Source: Bdellovibrio sp.
GTDB taxonomy: Bacteria > Bdellovibrionota > Bdellovibrionia > Bdellovibrionales > Bdellovibrionaceae
Length of the DNA: 12,455 nucleotides
Direction of reading: 5' to 3'
NCBI GenBank assembly: GCA_046318155.1
Contig: JBKCUU010000074.1
Span: 1-12,455, forward strand
The notes beneath the pieces were generated by a model. That model did no database searches and was not told where the DNA came from. It saw only the letters and a list, made by a program, of their open reading frames with translations. Below, piece by piece: positions 1 to 9,191 of this stretch (position 1 is the first letter of the stretch; every line of letters starts with the position of its first letter). Position numbers and translations under genes: made by a program.

Positions 1-1
1 A

Positions 2-213
2 AGCCATACGATCAAGGATCGCAACAAGTGCGCGCTTTGCGCGGTTGTAACCGTGGCAGCGATAAAGTCCGTGCATGGCTTCTTTGAAGTGATAGATCTC
101 TTTCATCTTTGGATGATGATCGAGCCATTGATAAAGAGCCCTGCGTTCGAAGTATTCAAGGCGTTTGCCGTTGAATAGTAAAAGTTTTCGGACTGGGTTT
201 GATCTTTGATCGC
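2..213 (-). mobile_element. Internal fragment of a probable ISL3-family transposase; runs off the window edge and its 5' part is missing at the ~212 junction
   Basis: Manual minus-strand translation of codons 211->2 is open: [70 protein letters not shown]. From recall this matches the helical region of ISL3 transposases (R-x-LLL...L...HP-x-L/M-KE-x-Y-x-x-KE...Y...A), which lies just before the W-x-x-EI-x-NYF motif. No database search was run and no terminal inverted repeat is visible. Confidence 0.7.
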
Positions 214-544
214 GCTGGTTTTGTTGGCGCAGGCGGAGGATTTTTAATCGTTCCGGCACTGGTGACGATTGGTCGACTGGAGATGAAGCAAGCCGTTGGG
301 ACTTCGCTCTTTGTCATCGCCCTGCAGTCGCTTTTTGGGAATCCTCGGAGATTTTAAGTCCGTTGTACAAATGGATCTTGTGTTGTTTTCTCTGATGGCG
401 GTACTGGCCGTGGCTGGCATGAGCATCGGAGGTGTGTTTCGTCAGCGTATCCCTCAATCAAAACTAAAACTGGGCTTTGGGATTTTCGTCCTTGTCATGG
501 GGGGCCTGATTTTTATTCAAGAGTTTAGGAACGGAGTGATATGA
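214..544 (+). pseudogene. tauE: TauE/SafE-family sulfite exporter, 3' remnant (5'-truncated, with a one-base insertion frameshift near 331-341)
   Basis: Frame +1 from 214 reads [42 protein letters not shown], containing the TauE [12 protein letters not shown] and A(V/I)GTSL motifs, then hits TAA at 355-357. The hydrophobic continuation [31 protein letters not shown]...LKLGFGIFVLVMGGLIFIQEF is in frame +2 and ends at TGA 542-544. Frame +1 has a stop at 172-174 and no TauE-like sequence upstream of ~214. Confidence 0.85.
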
Positions 545-1410
545 AAACGTTCGAAGTAAAAAGTATTTACGATGAGGCGACAGCGACAATCACCTATGTG
601 GTCTATGACAAGAAGACCCGCGATGCAGTCGTGATTGATCCTGTTTTGGATTATGACCCGGGCTCATCTAAGGTGTCGACAGAAAGCATAGAGAGTCTAG
701 AGGCGCTGATCCGGAGTAACAAACTAAGGCCGCACCTTTGCCTCGAGACTCATGCCCACGCCGATCACCTGTCAGGTGCGCAAGAGTTAAAAAAACGTTT
801 CCCGCAAATTACAATTGCAATTGGTGAGCGGATCACGGAGGTCCAGAGTGTTTTCAAAAAGATCTATAATCTTCCCGAACCGTTCATTCCGAACGGAGCG
901 CAGTTTGATCGGTTGCTCAAAGAGGGAGAGAAGATTCAAGCTGGGACGATTGAGATTGAAGTGATCTTTACTCCTGGGCATACGCCGGCTTGTGTGTCGT
1001 ATCACATTGGTGATGCTGTATTCACGGGGGATGCGATTTTTATGCCTGATACCGGTACTGGTCGATGCGATTTTCCTTCGGGAAGCTCCGAGACGTTGTA
1101 TCACTCCATTGCCAATAAACTATTTAAGCTTCCAGACGTGACAAGGGTTTTTGTTGGTCACGATTACAAGGCCAACGGAACCAGGCCGGCGCAATGGGAA
1201 ACAACGATTGGCCAAGAGAAGGCACAAAATATTCAGTTGAGACTTGAAACTCCCAAAGAGGAGTTCGTTAAAATGCGTAACGCTCGTGACGCCACCTTGG
1301 CGGCTCCTCGTTTGTTGTTGCCAAGTCTTCAAGTCAATATAGATGGTGGTCGCCTTCCTGACCCTGAAGCAAACGGTGTGAGTTATCTAAAAATCCCAAT
1401 TAAAAAATAA
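541..1410 (+). CDS. MBL-fold persulfide (sulfur) dioxygenase, ETHE1/Blh/PDO type
   Basis: Motifs THAHADHLSG, TPGHTPAC, GDAIFMPDxGTGRCDFPxG, VGHDY and RDATLAAPRLLLPSLQVNI are typical of bacterial persulfide dioxygenases. It has a 4-nt ATGA overlap with the tauE stop and a GGAG RBS-like sequence upstream. Confidence 0.9.
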   Translation: MKTFEVKSIYDEATATITYVVYDKKTRDAVVIDPVLDYDPGSSKVSTESIESLEALIRSNKLRPHLCLETHAHADHLSGAQELKKRFPQITIAIGERITEVQSVFKKIYNLPEPFIPNGAQFDRLLKEGEKIQAGTIEIEVIFTPGHTPACVSYHIGDAVFTGDAIFMPDTGTGRCDFPSGSSETLYHSIANKLFKLPDVTRVFVGHDYKANGTRPAQWETTIGQEKAQNIQLRLETPKEEFVKMRNARDATLAAPRLLLPSLQVNIDGGRLPDPEANGVSYLKIPIKK

Positions 1411-1448
1411 AAAGAAGCTTTTTTGAGGAATAGCATCGGTCCAACAAT

Positions 1449-1484
1449 AACCATAATCTGGTCGATATAAACCAGATTATGGTT
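1449..1484. terminator. 14-bp perfect inverted repeat between convergent genes; probable bidirectional terminator
   Basis: AACCATAATCTGGT (1449-1462), loop CGATATAA, ACCAGATTATGGTT (1471-1484). It lies between the pdo stop (1410) and the ankyrin stop (1525). Confidence 0.65.
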
Positions 1485-1524
1485 TATCAAGTAAATATAC
1501 CAGAAGGTATCTTCGGCCTTTCAC

Positions 1525-1950
1525 CTAAACTAACTTTTGCACCCAGGTTTTGATTTGTTCGATTTTTCCGTCGGATCGATTTGAATTTTGCAATTGGTTG
1601 ATCCGAAAAATTAATGTTCTTCGGCCAAACATGACGGCCAAATCCATTGCCGTTTGATTTTTGTTGTTCTGGTGATTGAGATCTGCGCCAGCTTCAGCCA
1701 GCAGTTCAAAAATTTGCGAGTGGCCTTTAAAAACCACGCCCATCAGAATCGAATTTGAACTTTCATCAACACTGTTGACGTCACCACCAAGCCCGATCAA
1801 GAGCTTGGTGGCATCATAATAGCCATTGTAACTGGCCAGCATTAAAGGCGAGTGTCCTTTTTCGTTTTTACTGTTCACAGAAATGCCAGATTCGATCAGT
1901 CGCTGAATCGTCTTTACATCTCCACTTCGAGCCGCAGTAAAAATATCCAT
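1525..1950 (-). CDS. Ankyrin-repeat protein, catalase-associated AnkB/Cj1386-like
   Basis: Three to four ankyrin repeats (GHSPLMLASYNG, ILMGVVFKGH, QTAMDLAVMFGR). It starts 21 nt after the katG stop with an AAGGTG RBS-like sequence. No obvious signal peptide or transmembrane segment. Confidence 0.85.
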   Translation of the reverse strand: MDIFTAARSGDVKTIQRLIESGISVNSKNEKGHSPLMLASYNGYYDATKLLIGLGGDVNSVDESSNSILMGVVFKGHSQIFELLAEAGADLNHQNNKNQTAMDLAVMFGRRTLIFRINQLQNSNRSDGKIEQIKTWVQKLV

Positions 1951-1971
1951 AAAACACCTTTTCCTTAAAAA

Positions 1972-4176
<2,205 letters not shown>

Positions 4177-4209
4177 TTATTGTTGATCTCCACGCGGACA
4201 CCCCTTACT

Positions 4210-4270
4210 ATCGTCACAAACTATTATTCAGTAAAATCGATTGTTTCTATCGATCATAGGTTTGCACTAT
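4210..4270. promoter_or_regulatory. Putative OxyR operator in the divergent katG/oxyR promoter region
   Basis: Three AT(A/C)G-N7-CTAT units: ATCG-tcacaaa-CTAT (4210-4224), ATCG-attgttt-CTAT (4236-4250) and ATAG-gtttgca-CTAT (4256-4270). These resemble the OxyR ATAG-N7-CTAT consensus and the LysR T-N11-A box. Confidence 0.7.
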
Positions 4271-4299
4271 TAAACAGACTAGCAGAGAGGGAGCCCGAC

Positions 4300-5253
4300 A
4301 TGCCATCGATTACGCAGCTTGAATACATTATTGCTGTCGCGGACCATCGTCACTTTGCAAAGGCCGCGAAAGTACGCAATATCTCTCAACCCACTTTGAG
4401 CCAGCAAATCAATAAAGCTGAAGACGAACTCGGAATCAGAATATTTGATCGCGACAAAAAACCCGTTCTTTTGACTCAGCATGGAAAGACTATTGTCGAG
4501 CAAGCCCGAACCATTTTAAGGGAACACAAAAAACTGTTTGAATTCTCAAGACAACATTCGGGCGATCTCGCCGGCTCCTTTCGACTAGGAATTATTCCCA
4601 CCGTGTCATCAATGCTGGTGCCCGCTTTTGTCGAGGAGTTCGCCAAGAGCTGTCCCAAGGTCAAGCTTTTCATTGATGAACTGCCCACAGAATCTCTGAT
4701 CAAGAATCTGCAGACCGATCAGTTGGATGCGGCCATTCTTGCGACGCCCCTGAATATAGATGGGCTGCAAGAAGAACCGCTGTACTACGAAACATTCAAA
4801 ATTTATGCCTCTGCAGGCCATGCTTTGCTGAAGAAAAAGGCCTGCACTCGCAAGGATCTAGATGGACGTGACATTTGGTTGCTTCGAGATGGTCACTGTT
4901 TCAAGAATCAAATCGTGAAATACTGTTCGATCACAGTTGATGAAGCGCTTCAAGATAGAAACGTCCATTTTCAAAGTGGAAATTTAGAAACCTTGCAACG
5001 ATTGATTGCACGTGGACACGGTTTTACCTTGATACCGGCATTTATGACATCGACCATGAGTAAAGACGATCTCAAAGATCATGTGACGCATTTTACAAGC
5101 CCTGAGCCTGCGCGCGAGATCAGCCTGGTCACCCATCGAAATCATTGGAAAAGCAAATTTGTCGACGCACTTCGGAGTTCGATTTTAGCTAACTTGCCAG
5201 CCACCGTCCATAAATCAAAAAATAAGGGACTAGAGGTTTTAGATGTCTGTTAG
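4300..5253 (+). CDS. oxyR: Hydrogen-peroxide-sensing LysR regulator OxyR (317 aa; start reassigned to ATG 4300)
   Basis: LysR HTH (ITQLEYIIAVADHRHFAKAA...SQPTLSQQINKAEDELG), LGIIPTVS and the redox motif LLRDGHCFKNQIVKYC (C200/C209, same spacing as E. coli C199/C208). GAGGGAG RBS before 4300. Divergent from katG. Confidence 0.92.
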   Translation: MPSITQLEYIIAVADHRHFAKAAKVRNISQPTLSQQINKAEDELGIRIFDRDKKPVLLTQHGKTIVEQARTILREHKKLFEFSRQHSGDLAGSFRLGIIPTVSSMLVPAFVEEFAKSCPKVKLFIDELPTESLIKNLQTDQLDAAILATPLNIDGLQEEPLYYETFKIYASAGHALLKKKACTRKDLDGRDIWLLRDGHCFKNQIVKYCSITVDEALQDRNVHFQSGNLETLQRLIARGHGFTLIPAFMTSTMSKDDLKDHVTHFTSPEPAREISLVTHRNHWKSKFVDALRSSILANLPATVHKSKNKGLEVLDVC

Positions 5254-5296
5254 GGTGGGCCTGATCCAAGCTGCTTGCTTGGCGCGCGCGCCCATC
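5254..5296. terminator. GC-rich interrupted hairpin between convergent oxyR and flavoprotein genes
   Basis: Inner stem CCAAGC (5266-5271)/GCTTGG (5277-5282) and outer stem GGTGGGC (5254-5260)/GCCCATC (5290-5296). No clear U-tract. Confidence 0.35.
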
Positions 5297-5316
5297 TCGC
5301 CCAGCCTTGATGAAGA

Positions 5317-6555
5317 TTACAAGTTCTGAGCGGCGATCCAGGCGCCGGTCCATGCGTTTTGGAAGTTGAACCCGCCCGTAATGCCGTCGATGTCGAGGAC
5401 TTCGCCCGCAAAGTAAAGGCCCGGGCACAGTTTGCTTTCCATCTTTTTGAAATCGATTTCTTTTAAATCCACGCCGCCGCATTCAACAAACTCGTCTTTG
5501 TAGCGGTTTTTGCCCAAGACTTCGAAAGTTGTCGCAAACAAAATCTCGGCGATGGCTTGCAAGTCTTTGTTTGAGGTTTCCGCCCAGCGCTTGTCCTCTG
5601 GCAAGTTTGCTTTTTCTAAAACTTTGAGCCAAAAGCGTTTGGCGAGCTTGGTCGGGTAGACGTTGTTCAGTTGTGATTTGTTGGCGTCCAACTTTAAATC
5701 TTTTAAGAGAGTCAGAATCGATTCGATGCGATCAGCGCCCATCCAGTTGACCTTGAGTTGCGCTTTGTAATCGGCCTGGAGCATCTCTCGGGCCGCCCAG
5801 GCTGAAATTTTGAGAATGGCCGGACCACTGAGCCCCCAATGGGTAATCAGCATCGGGCCCGTCTCTTTAAAAGGTTTTGCGCCTTCGATCAGCAACTTGG
5901 TCTCGGCTTTTTCAAAGCTAAGGCCGGCAAGATCTGCAAGCATCGGGTCGTTGATTTTGAAACTAAACAGTGAGGGCGCAAGCTCGGTGATGTTGTGACC
6001 GAGTTCTTTGGCTAACTTATGGCCAAAGGCGCTGCTACCGGTGGCGATCATCACAGAGTCAGCTTCAATCACTTCACCAGCTCGAATGGTGACAGCAAAC
6101 TTTGCGTCAGCGTCAGACTTCGTGATGCTCTCGACTTTATGATTGAGCTTCACCGTGACGCCGGCTTTAGTGGCGGCGTCTTGAAAGCATTTGATGATCG
6201 TTTCCGAGGTGTTGGTGTCTGGAAACATACGGCCATCTTCTTCGGGCACCAAGTGCACGCCGCGCTTTTGAAACCACTCAACCGTGTCGCGGGCTTGAAA
6301 GCGCTGAAATGCCGAGAGCAACTCTTTGGCGCCTCGGGGGTAACGTTCGCAAAAGGCGCGCACTTCGAATAAGTTGTGAGTGACGTTGCAGCGGCCACCG
6401 CCCGAAATCGAGACTTTCTTTAGCGTGCTGTTTGAGGCTTCAAGAATTTGCACATCAACAAGATTATTGTTCGCCTTGGCATTTTCGGCCGCGTTGATGG
6501 CTGCAAAAAAACCGGCGGCCCCGCCGCCCACCACGATGATTCTTCGAACTGTCAT
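5317..6555 (-). CDS. HI0933/YhiN/BaiN-family FAD-dependent oxidoreductase (start probably ATG 6555)
   Basis: IIVVGGGAAG Rossmann motif, KKVSISGGGRCNVT, EEDGRMFP, ATGS, LITHWGLSGPAIL, GGVDLKEID and GLYFAGEVLDIDGITGGFNFQNAW, all hallmark motifs of the family. Confidence 0.93.
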   Translation of the reverse strand: MTVRRIIVVGGGAAGFFAAINAAENAKANNNLVDVQILEASNSTLKKVSISGGGRCNVTHNLFEVRAFCERYPRGAKELLSAFQRFQARDTVEWFQKRGVHLVPEEDGRMFPDTNTSETIIKCFQDAATKAGVTVKLNHKVESITKSDADAKFAVTIRAGEVIEADSVMIATGSSAFGHKLAKELGHNITELAPSLFSFKINDPMLADLAGLSFEKAETKLLIEGAKPFKETGPMLITHWGLSGPAILKISAWAAREMLQADYKAQLKVNWMGADRIESILTLLKDLKLDANKSQLNNVYPTKLAKRFWLKVLEKANLPEDKRWAETSNKDLQAIAEILFATTFEVLGKNRYKDEFVECGGVDLKEIDFKKMESKLCPGLYFAGEVLDIDGITGGFNFQNAWTGAWIAAQNL

Positions 6556-6673
6556 TGATTTCCCATTTCGGAGTTCCGACAGGTTAAGCACGCTTCACGG
6601 GCGGCACCTTCGTTCCCATCAATAAAAGCATGATTCTGCGTTCGCGTTTTCGCTTGATGAGGTCTTTGGTTCG

Positions 6674-7018
6674 TTACTGATTTGGCGTATCGATTTCAAA
6701 GGCCTCGGCATAAGCCTCGATCGTTTGCGGTTGAGCGCCGACGAGTGTGAAGCGGGGATATCCATCATCACCTTTGTTTACTTGGTAGTGGTGAACGGCC
6801 ATGCCGGGCTGAGCGGCGCAGTCGCCCTCGGCCGTGATTTCAAGAATCACTTCGAGCTCGACGGGTAAAGAGTCCTCCACGGTCGCGAGCAATTTCTTAA
6901 GATCACCCACAGTGAGAGCCCGTTTTAAAAGGCTGGTCACTTCTTCAAGATTGGCACCATGCTCTTGGCGCATGAGTTCTGACATTTCGGTGATTTGATC
7001 TTGCGACAAACTGGGCAT
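6674..7018 (-). CDS. Hypothetical acidic protein (114 aa)
   Basis: ATG preceded by a strong TAAGGAGG Shine-Dalgarno. It fills the gap between known genes and has protein-like composition. No family recognised. Confidence 0.75.
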   Translation of the reverse strand: MPSLSQDQITEMSELMRQEHGANLEEVTSLLKRALTVGDLKKLLATVEDSLPVELEVILEITAEGDCAAQPGMAVHHYQVNKGDDGYPRFTLVGAQPQTIEAYAEAFEIDTPNQ

Positions 7019-7180
7019 AAGCCCTCCTTAAAAGAAAAAGGCCGGATGAGCACCTGTGTAGGCGAGATGGTGGCACGCTGGCAACCCTAAAATCGGCAGT
7101 AAAAAGATGCGGCGTCTAAAACTTGTTCAGAAGACGCCCATGGTTGCGTGTCCTCACGAAGTCGTGTTTATTGATGTTCA

Positions 7181-7753
7181 ATGACCGATCAAACAAATCC
7201 TTCGCCCCAGCCGCGGCAAACGCTCATTTCTTTTCAAGGCAAGATCCATCTTATTCACAACGATCAAGAGTTGGCGGCGGTGGCCGGCGATATCAGTAAA
7301 GCAGTTGTCTTAGGCTTTGATACTGAAACGCGCCCCAGTTTTAAAAAAGGTGAAGTTTACAAAGTGGCTTTGCTGCAGCTTTCGACGGACGACAATGCCT
7401 ATGTCCTGCGATTGCACGGCCTCACTCAATTTCAGTCGATCAAAACTGTCTTTGAAAGCAAAGACATCATCAAAGTCGGTGTCGCAATTCGCGATGACAT
7501 TAAGCAACTGCAAAAAACGTTTTCGTTTACGCCTCAAAGCTTTGTCGAATTGCAGGACCTCGCCAAAACTAAAGGTCTGCAAAATTTTGGCCTCAAAGGA
7601 ATGACCGAAGAAGTGCTGCAATCGCACCTTTCAAAAGGGCCCAAGCTGACCAATTGGGAAGCCCGCGTTCTGACAGAACAGCAAGTTCTTTACGCCGCCA
7701 CGGACGCCTGGATCGGCCTGCGCCTTTACCAAGAGTTAATCAAGCGATCTTAG
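7181..7753 (+). CDS. Stand-alone DEDDy 3'-5' exonuclease (RNase D/WRN-exo-like)
   Basis: ExoI GFDTETRPSF, VALLQL, ExoII KVGVAIRDD and ExoIII LTNWE...LTEQQVLYAATDAW. Confidence 0.92.
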   Translation: MTDQTNPSPQPRQTLISFQGKIHLIHNDQELAAVAGDISKAVVLGFDTETRPSFKKGEVYKVALLQLSTDDNAYVLRLHGLTQFQSIKTVFESKDIIKVGVAIRDDIKQLQKTFSFTPQSFVELQDLAKTKGLQNFGLKGMTEEVLQSHLSKGPKLTNWEARVLTEQQVLYAATDAWIGLRLYQELIKRS

Positions 7754-7873
7754 ATCGCCTCGGTTTGTTTATGCGTTAGTCAATAGCATTGGATGGGGAC
7801 TGCGAAGATTAAGTCACGCCTCCCGACCCCCTAGTGTCAAACTCAGCCTTTGGGAGCTCTGCCCATTTGTCCA

Positions 7874-7902
7874 GTGACTCAGGTTGAAGTCAGCTGTAGC
7901 TT
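7874..7902 (+). promoter_or_regulatory. Putative sigma70 promoter immediately upstream of the hemolysin-III ATG
   Basis: GTGACT (7874-7879), 17-nt spacer, TAGCTT (7897-7902), 7 nt, then ATG 7910. No Shine-Dalgarno sequence. Confidence 0.35.
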
Positions 7903-7909
7903 GCAAAGC

Positions 7910-8554
7910 ATGGTCACTCAAAACCCGATCGTAAAACCTCTTTTGCGCGGACATTTTCATCAGGCTGCTTTTTTTATCGCGGTCGGCGCCTGCTCGATGC
8001 TGATCGCAAATGCCACCGGCCCTCTTGCGATAGCGGCCACGATTATTTATTCAATCAGTTTGATGGGACTTTTGGGTATTAGCGCCCTTTACCACCGGCC
8101 GCAATGGCAGCCGCATCAACGAATGTGGATGCGGCGCTTGGATCACGCTGCCATTTTTATGTTGATCGCGGGGACTTGCACGCCCCTGTGTTTGAAGATG
8201 ACGCCGATCCAAAGCGGACAAACACTCTTGATCATGGTTTGGATCGCAGCCGGCGCGGGTATTTTGCAGTCGTTGTTTTGGGTGAACGCTCCGAAGTGGC
8301 TTGCCGCTCTTCTCTATATTATTGTTGGCTGGCTGGCTGCACCTTATCTTCCCGAACTGAGTCAACTGATTGGGACTTCGGGTGTCGCCTTGCTGATGAT
8401 TGGCGGCGTGATCTACACAATCGGTGCTGTTGTTTACGCGCTCAAAAAACCAAACCCGTTTCCGAAGGTGTTTGGTTATCACGAGATCTTTCATCTTCTG
8501 GTCGTGATTGCGGCCATCTTTCATTTTATTGTCATCGTACAGATCACAAGCTAA
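7910..8554 (+). CDS. Hemolysin III / PAQR-family membrane protein (TrhA/YqfA-like; start reassigned to ATG 7910)
   Basis: KPLLRGHFH, SALYH, RRLDHAAIFMLIAGTCTP, LYIIVGW, GGVIYTIGAVVY and FGYHEIFHLLV motifs, with about seven hydrophobic segments. Confidence 0.92.
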   Translation: MVTQNPIVKPLLRGHFHQAAFFIAVGACSMLIANATGPLAIAATIIYSISLMGLLGISALYHRPQWQPHQRMWMRRLDHAAIFMLIAGTCTPLCLKMTPIQSGQTLLIMVWIAAGAGILQSLFWVNAPKWLAALLYIIVGWLAAPYLPELSQLIGTSGVALLMIGGVIYTIGAVVYALKKPNPFPKVFGYHEIFHLLVVIAAIFHFIVIVQITS

Positions 8555-8558
8555 ATCG

Positions 8559-9191
8559 ATGAATTCTTCGAGTCGCCTTCGCAAGACCAAAGATCCTTGT
8601 CCCGTTTGCAAAACACACAAGGACAGATGCATTTGCCAATACATCCCGCAGCTCGATTTCAAAACTCGCCTGTGCTTGATCATACACGTCCAGGAACTCA
8701 AACGGACCAGTAACACGGGTACACTAGCGGTCCGCTCGCTCGTCAATAGCGAGCTGCGGATACGGGGCACCGAAGGTGTGCCTCTGGATCTGACGGGCTT
8801 GGCCGATGATCATCCCGATTACCAATCGCTCCTCTTGTATCCCTCCGAGGAGGCGCAGGATTTAACGCCCGCTTTTTTAAAAAAATTTGAGAAGCCGATT
8901 CAGCTCATTGTCCCTGATGGAAACTGGCGGCAAGCCGGAAAAGTTCATTACCGTTATCCAGAGCTCAGACAGATTCCGCGCGTGAAGCTGCAGCGGCCGG
9001 CCTCAAACACGCCACATTTGCGCGCCGAACATCGGGATGATGGAATGTCGACGTTGCAGGCGATTGCGCTGGCCTATGGCGTTCTTGAAGGGCCCCAGGC
9101 CGAAGACCCCTTACTCAAATTGTATGAAGCAAAATTACACAGCACCTTGGATGGCCGAGGTCACCTCAAGGCAAAGCAAAGCGGCTTTTGA
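8559..9191 (+). CDS. DTW-domain tRNA-uridine aminocarboxypropyltransferase (TapT/YfiP-like; start ATG 8559)
   Basis: N-terminal CPVC-x6-CIC, H-x-x-E-x-x-RTSNTG, LLYP, the DTW-like motif PDGNWRQA, and LR...GMSTLQAIA. Starts 4 nt after the upstream stop. Confidence 0.85.
   Translation: MNSSSRLRKTKDPCPVCKTHKDRCICQYIPQLDFKTRLCLIIHVQELKRTSNTGTLAVRSLVNSELRIRGTEGVPLDLTGLADDHPDYQSLLLYPSEEAQDLTPAFLKKFEKPIQLIVPDGNWRQAGKVHYRYPELRQIPRVKLQRPASNTPHLRAEHRDDGMSTLQAIALAYGVLEGPQAEDPLLKLYEAKLHSTLDGRGHLKAKQSGF

Noticed and set aside
296..340. N-terminus [13 protein letters not shown] of the 82-aa ORF as a real small gene start
   Set aside because: It is the out-of-frame sequence before the tauE frameshift. The TauE motifs there are in frame +1.
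541..1410. Metallo-beta-lactamase antibiotic resistance gene
   Set aside because: The motifs (GRCDFP, RDATLAAPRLL) and the tauE linkage indicate a persulfide dioxygenase, and there is no signal peptide.
7754..7875. Riboswitch or sRNA between the exonuclease and hemolysin-III genes
   Set aside because: Only 4-5 bp stems (CTCCC/GGGAG, TGGG/CCCA) are present and I recognise no known aptamer consensus.
7910..8554. Hemolysin toxin or virulence factor
   Set aside because: The family name is historical. PAQR/TrhA proteins are widespread membrane homeostasis proteins.
8051..8770. 239-aa antisense ORF
   Set aside because: It lies fully opposite two well-supported genes and has no recognisable motifs, so it is most likely a shadow ORF.
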